Shown piece by piece: positions 19,400 to 33,487 of a DNA stretch of 64,000 nt. The notes beneath the pieces were generated by a model that did not search any database, was not told the DNA's origin, and was given only the letters and a program-made list of their open reading frames with translations. The stretch is from the NCBI GenBank assembly GCA_963729215.1, contig CAVSND010000005.1, forward strand, positions 25,985-89,984, read 5' to 3'. A program made the position numbers and the translations under genes. Every line of letters starts with the position of its first letter. Positions within the stretch are counted from its first letter, which is position 1. The stretch comes from an uncultured Acidobacteriota bacterium (GTDB lineage: Bacteria; Acidobacteriota; Vicinamibacteria; Vicinamibacterales; CAVVIG01).

Positions 19400-20407
19400 C
19401 TACTTTTGCTTCACTGAGGGCCGTTCGGCGTCGCGGGCGGCTTCCAGCATGTGCTGCACGGCATAGTTCCCCTCGTGGCACGCGACTTCGAATACCCGTT
19501 CACTGCTGTTCGCCGTCAGCGGCACCATGAACGTCCACGTCCTCGTCCACGTCGCCGGATCGTCGACGGTCACGGCCCATTCGATCCGGTCCGGCGCCGT
19601 CCGCGTGAACCGCTCGACGAGGCGCAGTGACGCGGCCTCGGCGTTGCGGTACGTGCTTCGCTCCCTGAAATTGCGGGTTTCCACGACGAGTGTGTCCCGG
19701 TCCCAGTGACCTCGCGCATCGCCCATATCGAGTCGGATCGCGGAACCAATGTGCGGCGCGGGGTCCAACGGAATCACGCGGGTCTCGTGAATCAACTCGT
19801 AGCGAATCGCGACGAACCCCGGCGCCTGGATGATCTGATAGGAATTTCCCTGCACGTGCGGCACCATCGAGCCAGGCAGCCCTCTGGTGATGCACCGATC
19901 GTAGAGGCTGAAATCCTCCGGGCCGTCGAACGGCCCTCCGGCAACGCTTCCTGTGACAGGCCAGCGTTCGTTGACGGCGTAGATGCTCGCGTCGGCGGGC
20001 GTGGCGCGCGCCTCGGCGTCAGGCCTGAGCGCCGGAATCCTGCCGTCGGGCGGATCGACGACGAGCCACGGGCGGCTCCCCCTTGCCAGCTCGAACACGT
20101 CACGAAACGGCATAAACGCCTGAGGCCCGTCCGGCCTGTAAACCGCCTGTGCCTGACGCTGCTTGACGATTTCGGCCAACTCCGCAACCGCTACATCTTC
20201 AATGCGCCGGCCTTCGAATTCTTTGGGCCGCTCGAACGGCGTGTTCAACTCGTACTTGTTCGTGTAGGTGCCTTGCAGGTCGGGATCGCCCCACGGCGTT
20301 CGCGGCTGCACGAAGTGGTGGGAAGCCGTCGCCTTGGTTGTTTGCGCGTCAGCGCCTGTTGTCCAGACGCCCAGGACAAGAAGGAAGGTTGCGAGCTTAC
20401 GCGACAT
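19400..20407 (-). CDS. Secreted hypothetical protein
   Basis: Signal peptide; PRTPWGDPDLQG, CITRGLPG, GDARGHWDRDTLVVET, EVACHEGN. Confidence 0.8.
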   Translation of the reverse strand: MSRKLATFLLVLGVWTTGADAQTTKATASHHFVQPRTPWGDPDLQGTYTNKYELNTPFERPKEFEGRRIEDVAVAELAEIVKQRQAQAVYRPDGPQAFMPFRDVFELARGSRPWLVVDPPDGRIPALRPDAEARATPADASIYAVNERWPVTGSVAGGPFDGPEDFSLYDRCITRGLPGSMVPHVQGNSYQIIQAPGFVAIRYELIHETRVIPLDPAPHIGSAIRLDMGDARGHWDRDTLVVETRNFRERSTYRNAEAASLRLVERFTRTAPDRIEWAVTVDDPATWTRTWTFMVPLTANSSERVFEVACHEGNYAVQHMLEAARDAERPSVKQK

Positions 20408-20540
20408 GTATCAATCCTCGCGTCGAAGCGTATTTCCACTTCACGGGTCTCAACTGCTGCCGGCGAGTCTAGCACCCCACCCAGCCGCTCTGAGCCGGTT
20501 TTCCTCTCCTTTTCGCATCACTCGCCGAGGAGCGTGGACG

Positions 20541-21069
20541 ATGAAAGACCATCTGCTTGGAATTTCGTACTCGATGCGGAATCACATTGTTTGCACCCAG
20601 GATCGCCGTCGGCCAGGAACTCACGACGCGCTACGTGTTTGCGGGCCCGATCGTCAACGCAGACAGCCAGCCGCCTGTTATCTGGGGCGGCGGAGGCGGA
20701 GTCGAGCGGTTGGCCGCAAGAAATACCTATGTCGGTGGGGAAGTCGAAGGCGTGTTCGTTCCAGCGTACACGGCTCCTGGGTGCTGTGTTTCGGGACGGT
20801 CCCAGGTAGGCTTTCTCTTCTCACTAAACGGGACGTACTATCTGGCGAGATCGACGAACGGGCCGAAATGGGAACCATTCGTCACCGGCGGGATAGGTGC
20901 CATTGCCGCTGGCGCGTCTCAGGGCATCGAGTTCGCCGCCCCCGTCTACGATTTCGGCGGCGGTATCGACCGGTGGCTCACACCCCACAGGAGCGTTCGG
21001 TTCGAAATACAGGAAAAAATACTCGGCTTCCCGATGCTCGCCTTCCGCGTCGGAGTCGTCTTCCGCTGA
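20541..21069 (+). CDS. Probable small outer-membrane beta-barrel protein; N-terminal frameshift
   Basis: Alternating beta-strand pattern (EPFVTGGIG, YDFGGGID) and terminal RVGVVFR. Confidence 0.6.
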
Positions 21070-21075
21070 CACAGA

Positions 21076-21102
21076 AAGGGCCGGGCGTGAGCCCGGCCCC
21101 TT
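21076..21102. terminator. Hairpin terminator between convergent genes
   Basis: AAGGGCCGGGC-GTGA-GCCCGGCCCCTT. Confidence 0.65.
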
Positions 21103-21153
21103 CAGCGTGTCGTTGTCTTTCTCCCTAACCTCTAACCTCTAACCTCTGACCCC

Positions 21154-24008
<2,855 letters not shown>

Positions 24009-24209
24009 GAGCCCTCCGATAACGACGACGACCGCATCCCGCCCCGGAAGCGACGTCTGGAACTGAGTGGAAATACCGTGCGGGAGATGTAATCTCGAGG
24101 CTCTTTTCAGCCCCGGCATCCACGAAAAAGCTGGGAGCTTCTTCGCTGATCGCCTTGTCCGCTACGGCGGATCAATATGCGCCCAGTTCACGGGTTTGTC
24201 AACTGCGAT

Positions 24210-24257
24210 CTACAACATATTGTGGCTCTCTTTTAGGGCGAACGCAAGATGTGGACA
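24210..24257. promoter_or_regulatory. Tandem NrdR boxes upstream of nrdJ
   Basis: ctaCaAcATaTtGtgg (24210) and acgCaAgATgTgGaca (24242), 32 bp apart, match acaCwAtATaTwGtgt. Confidence 0.8.
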
Positions 24258-24350
24258 AATGTGTATGGCTGTGGAAAAGCCGTGGCTCGGCGGCGTCTCG
24301 GGGCTCGTTTCTCGTAGCTCGCGGCCGGGCTGGGCTACGCTGGGGCCCAC

Positions 24351-25125
24351 ATGACTGACTCGGGTAACGAGCCACCAGCTACGGACCTCGAGCCACGAGC
24401 GACGAGCCACGAGCCGCGTCCCCTCGCCGAGCGTGCCGTGGCCCTGCTCGAGGTCATCCTGTGCTCCGACTACCCGACCCAGTTCGCGCTGGCCGCCACG
24501 CTGAACGCGGCCGGCTACTCGCCGATCGTCAACGGCCAGCTGTCGCTGCGGTATGTCGTCACGCTATCGCTGGTCGATTCGGTATTGCTCGTCGGCCTGA
24601 TCGTCCTGTTCCTGCGGTCGCACGGCGAACGCGTGCGCGACGTGCTGCTGGGACCGCGTCCCGTCGGCCGGCGAAGTTCTGCTGGGCGTGCAGCTGACGT
24701 TTGCCGCCCTCGTGTTCGGCATCGCCGTGCTGACCGCGGTGCAGGCACTGTTCCCCCGACTGCACAACGTCGTGCACAACCCGCTTCAGGATCTGATCCG
24801 CGGGCCTCGCAACGCCGGGATCTTCGCGATCGTCGTGGTGGTGGCCGGCGGGGTGCGCGAAGAAATCCAGCGGGCCTTCGTGCTGCACCGGTTCAAGGTC
24901 TGGCTGGGCGGGGGAACGGTCGGAATCATCGTCGGCAGCATCGCGTTCGGAGCCGGGCATCTCGTCCAGGGCTACGATGCAGCCATCGCCACCGGGTTGC
25001 TGGGCGTCTTCTGGGGAATCATGTATCTGCGGCGCGGATCCGTCATCGCGCCGATGGTCAGCCATTCCGGATTCAACTTGATCGAGCTGGTGCAGTATCT
25101 CGCCTTCGCGGGCCGGCGAATCTAG
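24351..25125 (+). CDS. CPBP (CAAX protease/Abi-type) intramembrane metalloprotease; frameshift near 24670
   Basis: REEIQRA, FGAGH, HSGFN motifs; multiple TM segments. Confidence 0.85.
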
Positions 25126-25222
25126 TCATCTAGTCATTCGGTCATCTGGTCATCGTTTGGAAATTGGCAAATGTCCAATTGACAACGATGACCAGATGAC
25201 TAGATGACCAAATGACCAGATT
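25119..25222. repeat. MITE-like inverted-repeat element, copy 2
   Basis: Same GTCATCT(G/A) arms and AATTGGCAAATGTCCAA core as 10826-10933. Confidence 0.8.
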
Positions 25223-25224
25223 GG

Positions 25225-25752
25225 TTATCTCGCCGTGGCGTAGAGGTCGACGACATCGCCGCGCTGGCGCAGGCCGGCCACCCATTCGTCGATCAGCATC
25301 TGCCGGCGGGCGTCTTCCGATCCGGCAAATCGCTGCGCGATGTAGGCGCGGATGCGAAGGTTCTCGCGCAGCGTCACGCGCAGCTGCGCGTCGGTGAGGC
25401 CCGAGCGTTGCAGCACGGCGTCGAATGCCGCCGCGGACGGAAAACGTCCGCGTACGCCCGCCAACTCCCGCTCAACGGCATCGTCGTTGGGCTCGGGCGG
25501 TGCGTAGCGAGTGGCTTCGACCAGCTCGAGCCCGCGGTTGATGAGCTTGGCAAGCGCCGCGCCGACCCGATCCGTGGCGCCATCATCCGACACCAGTCCC
25601 AAATCGAGCGCCGCCATCACGTCGCTCAACATGATCACCTGGCCACCGGCGACTGCGAGCACGCGATCGATTGTCTCGCCGCGGGCCACCGCGCCCCCGA
25701 GCGCGACGACAACCAGCACTGCGCTCAACAAGAAGTTGCGACGCTTGTTCAT
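25225..25752 (-). CDS. SurA N-terminal-domain-like periplasmic chaperone
   Basis: Signal peptide, then ETIDRVLAVAGGQVIMLSDV; C-terminal WVAGLRQRGDV. Confidence 0.7.
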   Translation of the reverse strand: MNKRRNFLLSAVLVVVALGGAVARGETIDRVLAVAGGQVIMLSDVMAALDLGLVSDDGATDRVGAALAKLINRGLELVEATRYAPPEPNDDAVERELAGVRGRFPSAAAFDAVLQRSGLTDAQLRVTLRENLRIRAYIAQRFAGSEDARRQMLIDEWVAGLRQRGDVVDLYATAR

Positions 25753-25829
25753 CTCGTCCGTTCCGCGTTCTGCATTCTACGTTCTACGTTCTGCGTTTTC
25801 CGTTCCGGCTGCGTCCTTCAGCAGCCGGC

Positions 25830-28797
25830 TTAGAAGGCCTGCCCGAACGTGACAAACCACGCGGTCAAGTTTTCATCGGGCCGCGGTTTGACCTTGAACC
25901 CGAGGTCGACGCGAATCGGACCGATAGGCGACTTGTATCGAACGCCGAAGCCGATCGCCGTCCGCATCTGGGTCAGATCGAAAGTGCTGACGCGCTGGAA
26001 CACCTGTCCGCTGTCGACGAACTCGGCGATCTGCAGGCCGCCTCGAACGGGAACGCGCAGTTCGCCGTTTACGATGAGAACGGCGTTTCCGCCGAGGGCG
26101 AAACCGTTCGAGTCGAGTGTATCGATGCTCGGCGTCCGCGGCGGATCGTACCGGACGCCGACGGCATCCAGCGCGAAGCCGCGGATGGTCGTGTCGCCGC
26201 CGGCGTAGAAGCGCGAGCTCGCATCCAGGTCGTCGATAATCACGGGCTTGCCGTTCTCGTCCTCCGCCACGCGCGGAAACCCCGACGCCAGCCCCAGCCG
26301 GACGCTGCCGGCGAAGACGATCCCGCGGGACTTCTGGATGGTGCGGAACATCTGCGCGGTGAACCGCGATTTCACGAATCCCACCTCGGACCCGATGGCC
26401 CTCGCCGCGACCTGGCCATCAGCGCTGAGGAAATGGCCCGACGTGGCGTCTGACGGATCGTTCCGGGTGTCGTGGGCGATCGAACCAAGGAACGACGAGA
26501 GCCGGACTTGTGGAAACGCGCGGTCGATGGCCGGCTGCTGGTCGGGAGGGACCGTGTTGTTGAACACCTCGGTGTGCTGAATCTGATAGCTGCCGGTCAC
26601 GGTCACCTTCGGCGAAAGCCGTCGAGCAAGCACCGCGTTGGCGGCTCGCCGCCGGAAATCGAAGCTCGACCGGATCTGCTGCTCGAACGTGACGTCGAGA
26701 AACGCATCGGCTCGCGTATCGAAAAGCCGTGGCTCCTTATAGGTGCCGCCGACGCGATACTGGGGGATGCTCGTATCCGTGTCGGCCGTGGGCTCGCCGG
26801 AGACACGCAACGGGAGGCTGCCGCTGGCAAACAGGGTGGCCGATCGGTTCTTTCCAAACAGATTGCGCCTGGACAGCTCGATCGACGCCCGCGGCGCGAA
26901 CTCGAACCGTTCGCCCGCCTGACCGTTGACTTCCTGCACGACCTTGCGGCCACCTTCGAGGCCGCCGCCGTACGCGACCGTCGTCATCGCCGCTTCTTCA
27001 ACCGAGACCAGCAGATCGCGGCGGCGCTCGTCGCCGTGCCCGACCTCGGTGACACTGACGCGTCTGAATAACCCAAGCGCGGAGAGCCGCCGCTGGCTGT
27101 CGAACATCGCCTCGCGCCCGAGCGGATCACCGGCATGCAGGCGCAGTTCAGCCTCGATGGTCTCCAGGCTCGTTCGCGCGTTGCCGACGATGATGACGTG
27201 ATCGACGGTGACCTGGGGCCCTTCGCGCACCGTCGAACTGCAGGTCGGCACGGGTGCCATCCCTGCTGACGGCGGGCTTGACGTCCACGTTGACTGTCTC
27301 GAAACCGAGATTCAGATAGCGCAGCACGACCGCGTCCTTATCGGCGGCAAGCTGGGCGGGAACAAACGGCTGGCCTGTCTTCAGCGTCACCAGGCCGCGC
27401 ATCGCGGTCTCGTCGACCGCCTTGTTTCCGGCAAACGTAATCGTGCCGACCAGCGTCTGGACTCCCTCGCGAACGATGATCCGGACGATCAAGGGAATGG
27501 GGGCCCCGGGCGCCGCAGCCTGGGGCTCGACACCGGAATCGGCCTTGGCGCCGACGAACCCTGCGCGCCGGTACGCGTCCTCGATGGTCGCGACATCCGC
27601 GTCGAGGCCGGCGGCGGAGTACGGCATGCCTTCACGAAGCCGGAGGGCCGGCGCGAACGTCGCCACCGGCAGCGCGTTGTTGCCCGAGATGTCCACGCGC
27701 GCGACACGAAAGGCCGGTCCTCTCGTGACGTTGAACGTGATCACCAGCTCGCCGTTCACGTCCATCCGCGTATGTGGCGCCGCGGCGTCGCGGTATCCCT
27801 GCGCGCGGAGGAAGTCCGCGATACGGTTTGTCGAATCCTCGAGCAGGTCCTCGCCAACCGACGCCTCGCGCTCCACCGGAACGAACTCCTCGCGTCTGCT
27901 CTCGGGCAGGGGATCGCCCGTAAAGACGATGCGCACGTGCGGCCCGCGATCGACCGCCACGGTCAGGTTCGCCACGCGATCGTTGTCGGCGAGGCTGACG
28001 GCCGGCGTGACCTTCGCCTCGTAGTATCCGCGGCTGCGGACGCCCGAGAGGTACTTTTCGATGCGCGCGTTCAGCGCCTCGGATTCGTAAGGCGCGCCTG
28101 TCGCCAGCCCCAGCTGCCGGAGCAGCTCGGGCGCCGGCACCTCCGGCGTTCCCGTCACGTTGAGTGTGCCCAGCAGCGTGCGCGGACCCGGGTCGATGGT
28201 GAACACGAGCACGGTGGTATGAGGCGAATGCGAAACCTGGGCACTCGGCGTCACGGTCGCGTTCAGGTAGCCGCGCTCGCGCATCGCATCCTTCACGGCG
28301 AGCGCCAGTTCGGCGGCGCGGCCCAGGCGCAATGACGAGCCGCCGCGCTCGGCCACGGCACGGCGCAGCCGGTCCTCGTCCACGCCAGGAGCGGCGGAGC
28401 TAAAGGCGAACGCGGCTCGCGACACCGGGTGGACGGGGCTGAGATTGTACCGGACGGCCACGCCATTGGCGGAGACACTCGCGTCCACGCGCACGTCCTC
28501 GAACCGGCCGAGGCTGTACAGGTGGACGAGGCTCTCGCGCACGTCTCTCATCGACAGCGGCTGGCCCACGCGTGTCTCCACGAGATCCGACAACGACGGG
28601 TCCGCGGTGTCGCGCCCTTCGACGACGAACTGGACCGCGGCGATGGGCTTGCCGAGATAGTCGGAAACGGCCGCTCGTGCGAGCGAGGCCACGGCCAGCA
28701 CAAGCATGCAGCCGAGTCCCAATGCGTAGAGACCTCGTCTGACAAGGGCCGCGTCGCGTCCGGGGGCGTTTATCAACTGGTCGTGTGCTTCGGACAC
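25830..28797 (-). CDS. BamA/TamA-family Omp85 outer-membrane protein (POTRA + barrel); frameshift near 27235
   Basis: POTRA repeats (LYSLGRFEDV, LSALGLFRRV), FYAGGDTTIRGF, SPIGPIRVDLG, terminal FGQAF. Confidence 0.92.
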
Positions 28798-28818
28798 GGA
28801 GTTGGGAGGGACATACCG

Positions 28819-31800
28819 CTAGAAGGCGTGCCTGACGCGGAACTCGATGGCGTACGTCTGCTGATCTTCGTTGCGCGAGACCAGCCAGTACAACCGGTCG
28901 CTCGCGTCGAACTCGAGCTGGATGATCTGGTCGTTGAAGGTCGTGTTGAGGCTGCGCGAAAACGTCAGGAATGCACGATCGGATATCCGCTTGCCAATCG
29001 TGATGCGCGCGGTCGGACTGATGCGCGAGGCGTTGTTCGGGTCGAGAAAAGACGGCGACAGCTGGAACGTGTCGAGTCCAACGGTCTGCTGCAGGACCTT
29101 GCCGACCTCGGCCGAGATCGGACTGGTCAGCGCCTGGGTCGCGCGCGCCTTCAGGATATCGCTCTGTGTCTGGTTCGGATCGCGGAGCGCGCGGACTTCC
29201 GGGGCGACGTCCGTCCGCTGGACGTCGCTCAGCAGAAGCGCGAGCACATCGGCGGTCGGCAGCGGCGGGTCGGACTCGAACTTGAGATTGTTCATGTGCT
29301 CGGGCGTTCCCTGCGCGCCGACGGTCACGCGATACGTCTGCCCGCTGAATGTCGGTCCGCCCGGCACCCGGACCGTGGTTTCGGCTTCGATATCGAACGA
29401 CGGCTCGATGCGGTTCGGGTTGATGAAGTCGATCGCGCCGCGCGTGACCCGATACCGCCGCCCCTCGAAGCTCACTTCGCCCCGCCCGATCTCCGCGCGG
29501 CCAAACAGCACGGGCTTGTCATATGTGCCGCGCAGTGTCAGGTCGGCGCTGGCGACCAGTCGCAGCAGGTTGGTCGACACCTGCAGCGTGGACGGCACGA
29601 CGATCTGCAGGTCGAACCGCAGGGGCACCACCGGAGCCGGCGCCGGCGCGCCCGCGGCGTTTCCGCCGGTCGACTGCGCGACCAGATCGAAAATGTTCCC
29701 CGGTGTGTCGAGCCGGCGCGTCCACACGGCGCTCTTGACGGTGACCGTGCCGCCGAGCGTCGGAGCCCGGAAGTTCCCCCGGACGGACAAGTCGGCGTCA
29801 ACAGTCGATCGGATGCCCTCGGGATAGCGCAGGTGCATGTCCCGCCCGCGCACGGTCACGTTCAGGTCGCCGGGCAGAAATCCATCGAAGCCGATCCGCC
29901 CCCCGAACTGCACCGGCCCCTCACCCATCCGGGCCGACACATCGTCGAGGCGGATGCCGCGCGCGTCGAACCGGACGATGCCGTTGATGCCGTCGAGCGC
30001 GTTGGGCAGCGACAGATGACGGACGCGCCCGTTGATGATGGACGCGCTGCCGGAGAAAACAGGCTCGTCGAGCGGGCCGTCGACCGATGCTGTGAGCTCG
30101 GCGCGGCCCGACCCGAAGACATCGCGGGAGAATCCCTGCAGGATGCCGAGGTTCGCATCGCCGCTCGCCTGGAGCGCGATGCGGCGATCACGCAGGCCCA
30201 CGCGGCCGCCCAGACGCAGATGCGTGTCCTCGCCCACGAGCTGCAAATCCTGGACGTTCACGTCGAGCTTGTCGAGCGAGATGCGGATGGGCGCCGCGTT
30301 CTTGAGCGCGTAGTCGAAAAGGCGCAAGTCGACGGAGTCCACCGTGGCGTCCACGAGCAGGTGGTCGAAATCCGCGAGTTCGCCGACAACGCGAATGGAC
30401 CCGCTGGCGACGGCGGTCGTGAACGGCGACAGACGAGGCTCGAACAGCCGGACGTACGGGTCGAGCGAGCTGTCGTGGAACCGGAACGTGAGCTCGGCAT
30501 CGGCTTGCGGCGTCAGGGCGATGCGTCCCGTGCCGGTGATCGCGAGTCGCGGAGAAGCGGCGTCGAGATCTCCGCTCAACTCCTTGCCGCGGAGCGCGAG
30601 CGTCCCGCTGACCTGCCCGACTCCTTCCTCGCCGATGAACAGATCGTTCACGCGGATCTTGAAGTCGTTGCGCGGAACATCGAAGGTGCCGTTCCCCTGC
30701 GCGGTGAATTCGGCGAGACCCGAGAGCGGCGCGCGTGGAAACTTGAGCAGGGAGATGCGGTCGACGGGAAGCCGGCGGCCGGACGCATTGAACGAGTACG
30801 TCGAGTCCAGGCCGATGTACGCCGCCGCGGTAACCGCCCCACCGCCGCCGAGATCGATGTTGATGCCGTCGAGGCGGATGCCGGTGCCGACGAAGCGCAG
30901 GGACGCCTCCGCCTTCTGCAGGGGCTCGCCGTATGCCGTGCCGTTTTCGATGGTCAGCCCGCCGAAGCCCATCGGCCGCTGGTAGTCGCCCTCGAGATGG
31001 AACTCCCCGGAGAGCAGACCAGAGACCGGATATTCGTCGATTTGGAACGCATGCCGGAGGCCGTTCAAGTCGCGCCGCGACACACGGAACCGCGCGTCGA
31101 TCTCCCGGCCATCGTCGTCGCGAGGAAAGCCGAGGGAGAAGAGGCCGTCGGCGCGGATCTCCGAGCCATCGAGGCGAATGACGCCGTTCCGGACGTCCAC
31201 GTACTTGTTTTCGACAACGATGTGGGCGGCGCCGCTGCCCCAGAGCGTGTCCCAGGCCCAGAGATTCGTGCCGCTGAAATCCCCTTCGACACGGGGCTGC
31301 TTGAAGGGACCAGTCATCACGCCGTCGAACTCACCGCGGCCCCCGAACGCCACGGGACCGGTGCTGGCGCCGAAGGCGGTCATGATCCCCGCGAGCACCA
31401 CGTCGCTCTCCTGCCAGTCGTGGCTGGTGACGTGAAACGCGATGCGGCCCTGCGATCCCCAGGCCGTCTGGCCCTGGAATGTCGTGTGCGTCTGCTCGGT
31501 GTTGAAGCGCCCGGATGTGAATTCGACTTTCTCGGGGTCGAACTGGAACGTCAGCTCGCCTCCGATCGGAAGGTGCGCGGGCAGCGGCGACGGAGCGAAG
31601 GGTCCCCATTCGCGGCGGTTGCCTGAGGCGCCCGAATCGAGGGACGCGCTCGCGAGCGTCACGCCCGGCGGAGGCGTCACCGCAAAGTTGCCGCTCCCAG
31701 TACGCTCGGCACCACGGCCAAGGGGCCATTCGATGAGGATGTGCCCGGACGCGGCGCCGCCGAAGCGGACGCCGGTCAACTGCTCGGCATCGGTGAAGGC

Positions 31801-32910
31801 GGCGAGATCCGAGCCTGCAATCGTGGCGTCGAAACGCGCCGTAGGCCGGGTCGGCTGACCGAGCGGCTTGATGGAATACGCGAATTGCGCCGCGCCGCCG
31901 AAAAATCCGGCTCCCGCGTCCCACACCTCGAATGCCTGTGGAGACCAGCGGAGCGCACCGTACAGCTTCGGGAATCGCAACCCGTTGACGCCGGCCTCGC
32001 GGCTGGTGAACGAACCGCTCAGATCGTGTCCGCCCTTGTACAGGCGGAACGTGCCGTTGAAGTCGCCGTCACCGGTCAGCGCCCATTTTTCGTCCTTCCA
32101 GAAGATCTCCCGCATGCGCTGGAAGTGCACGACGGACTTCACGTGATACAGCTGCTCGGGCCAGTGCGCGAAATCCACGTCGCCTGACGCGACCGTTTCG
32201 GCGCCGTCCGTCTTGAGATCCATCTGCTCGAGATGGACGCGAGGACCGTCGAGCGAGAACGCGGTCTTGAAGTTGACCCACATCGGCAGATCGTTCTGGA
32301 TCTGCACGACGCCGCCTGTGAACACGGCGTTGCCGTGGTACTTCGGCAGGTTGGTGATGTCCAGGTCGATGTTCGGCGCCGTCACGCTCCACGGCACCTG
32401 GTGATCTTCGTAGACGAACTGCCCGCGCGAGGCCCGGAGATATTTGAGGGTCGTCGTAAACCGGCGCGGCCCCTTCGGCCGATCGTCGTCGTCCACGAAC
32501 TTGGGAAAGCTGGTGTGGTCCTCCCATCGTTCGACGAGCATGTTCCAGTCGGTGAGCTCCACCGACGTAATCGTGATTTCGGGCACCCGCTTGAACGCGG
32601 TGGACCAATCGAGTCCGAGCGAGAGGTGCTTGGCGACGAAGAAGGGCCGGTCGCCCGCAGCCACGCCGCCGATCGAGAAATCCTCCAGCAGCACGCGGCC
32701 GCGGATCAGGTGGATGGAGAGCCGGCCGAAACGGACGGTGCGCTTGAGCTGCTTCGACGCCTGGCGTTCGGCGAGCTCGCGCAGGGAGGGACCGAGATCG
32801 ATTGTCAGCGACGCGACGATCGCCGCCATCAGCAGCGCGATGGTGAGCGTGATTGCGCGGCCGCCGAAGCGAACGGCCCAATGCTGCCGCAGGCGCGCCA
32901 GAAACTTCAC
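28819..32910 (-). CDS. tamB: Translocation/assembly module TamB (AsmA-like)
   Basis: 1363 aa with an N-terminal TM, a beta-rich body and a DUF490-type C-terminus (DLTLRGTYDKPVLFG, FESDPPL); adjacent to the Omp85 gene. Confidence 0.85.
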   Translation of the reverse strand: MKFLARLRQHWAVRFGGRAITLTIALLMAAIVASLTIDLGPSLRELAERQASKQLKRTVRFGRLSIHLIRGRVLLEDFSIGGVAAGDRPFFVAKHLSLGLDWSTAFKRVPEITITSVELTDWNMLVERWEDHTSFPKFVDDDDRPKGPRRFTTTLKYLRASRGQFVYEDHQVPWSVTAPNIDLDITNLPKYHGNAVFTGGVVQIQNDLPMWVNFKTAFSLDGPRVHLEQMDLKTDGAETVASGDVDFAHWPEQLYHVKSVVHFQRMREIFWKDEKWALTGDGDFNGTFRLYKGGHDLSGSFTSREAGVNGLRFPKLYGALRWSPQAFEVWDAGAGFFGGAAQFAYSIKPLGQPTRPTARFDATIAGSDLAAFTDAEQLTGVRFGGAASGHILIEWPLGRGAERTGSGNFAVTPPPGVTLASASLDSGASGNRREWGPFAPSPLPAHLPIGGELTFQFDPEKVEFTSGRFNTEQTHTTFQGQTAWGSQGRIAFHVTSHDWQESDVVLAGIMTAFGASTGPVAFGGRGEFDGVMTGPFKQPRVEGDFSGTNLWAWDTLWGSGAAHIVVENKYVDVRNGVIRLDGSEIRADGLFSLGFPRDDDGREIDARFRVSRRDLNGLRHAFQIDEYPVSGLLSGEFHLEGDYQRPMGFGGLTIENGTAYGEPLQKAEASLRFVGTGIRLDGINIDLGGGGAVTAAAYIGLDSTYSFNASGRRLPVDRISLLKFPRAPLSGLAEFTAQGNGTFDVPRNDFKIRVNDLFIGEEGVGQVSGTLALRGKELSGDLDAASPRLAITGTGRIALTPQADAELTFRFHDSSLDPYVRLFEPRLSPFTTAVASGSIRVVGELADFDHLLVDATVDSVDLRLFDYALKNAAPIRISLDKLDVNVQDLQLVGEDTHLRLGGRVGLRDRRIALQASGDANLGILQGFSRDVFGSGRAELTASVDGPLDEPVFSGSASIINGRVRHLSLPNALDGINGIVRFDARGIRLDDVSARMGEGPVQFGGRIGFDGFLPGDLNVTVRGRDMHLRYPEGIRSTVDADLSVRGNFRAPTLGGTVTVKSAVWTRRLDTPGNIFDLVAQSTGGNAAGAPAPAPVVPLRFDLQIVVPSTLQVSTNLLRLVASADLTLRGTYDKPVLFGRAEIGRGEVSFEGRRYRVTRGAIDFINPNRIEPSFDIEAETTVRVPGGPTFSGQTYRVTVGAQGTPEHMNNLKFESDPPLPTADVLALLLSDVQRTDVAPEVRALRDPNQTQSDILKARATQALTSPISAEVGKVLQQTVGLDTFQLSPSFLDPNNASRISPTARITIGKRISDRAFLTFSRSLNTTFNDQIIQLEFDASDRLYWLVSRNEDQQTYAIEFRVRHAF

Positions 32911-33440
32911 CGGATGACCACCAGCAATTCGCCGGCCTCGACCAGCGCGCCCTCTCGCGCGTGGAGCTCGTCGACCGTACCGTCGCGCCCTGATCGCAGC
33001 TCGTTTTCCATCTTCATCGCTTCGATGACCACGACCGTCTGGCGCGCCCGGACGGATTCACCCGGCGTCACGCTCACGCGCACGATCTTGCCGGGCATCG
33101 GAGCGACCAGCCGCTGTGGTCCCGATCCGTGGCCGGACTCGTCGTGCTCGCGACGCCTGCGCCCGGCGTTCAAGGACACCGCGCACGAGACCCCGCCCAC
33201 TCGCACGCTCAGCAACCCCGTCACGGCATCCGGCACGATGCCGACGTCGAACGTGGCGCCGGGCTCGACAATCAAGGACAGCGTGCGGGCCGCGTTGTTC
33301 CCGGCCGTGCCGCCACTGCCGCCGGGGCGGGCCACGTCGACCTGCCGGGTCCGCCCGTCAACGGACACGACGAACCGGCCCCCCGTGCGTTGAAGGAAGA
33401 CGCGGCGGATCCGGCCGTTCACCTCGACTTGGTACTGCAC
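32907..33440 (-). CDS. Biotin carboxyl carrier protein
   Basis: APMPGKIV..VIEAMKMENEL biotinylation motif. Confidence 0.93.
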   Translation of the reverse strand: MQYQVEVNGRIRRVFLQRTGGRFVVSVDGRTRQVDVARPGGSGGTAGNNAARTLSLIVEPGATFDVGIVPDAVTGLLSVRVGGVSCAVSLNAGRRRREHDESGHGSGPQRLVAPMPGKIVRVSVTPGESVRARQTVVVIEAMKMENELRSGRDGTVDELHAREGALVEAGELLVVIR

Positions 33441-33487
33441 TTAGGACGCCTGTAACTATTTTACAGTCTTTACTTACGGGATTTCCT

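Noticed and set aside
24009-24350. Cobalamin riboswitch upstream of nrdJ
   Set aside because: No B12-box or core motifs were recognised; NrdR boxes explain the region.
28429-31626. 1065-aa plus-strand ORF and other long antisense ORFs (351-1856, 33116-34732, 37208-39064, 52246-54159)
   Set aside because: Shadow ORFs opposite well-supported genes in high-GC DNA, with no recognisable motifs.
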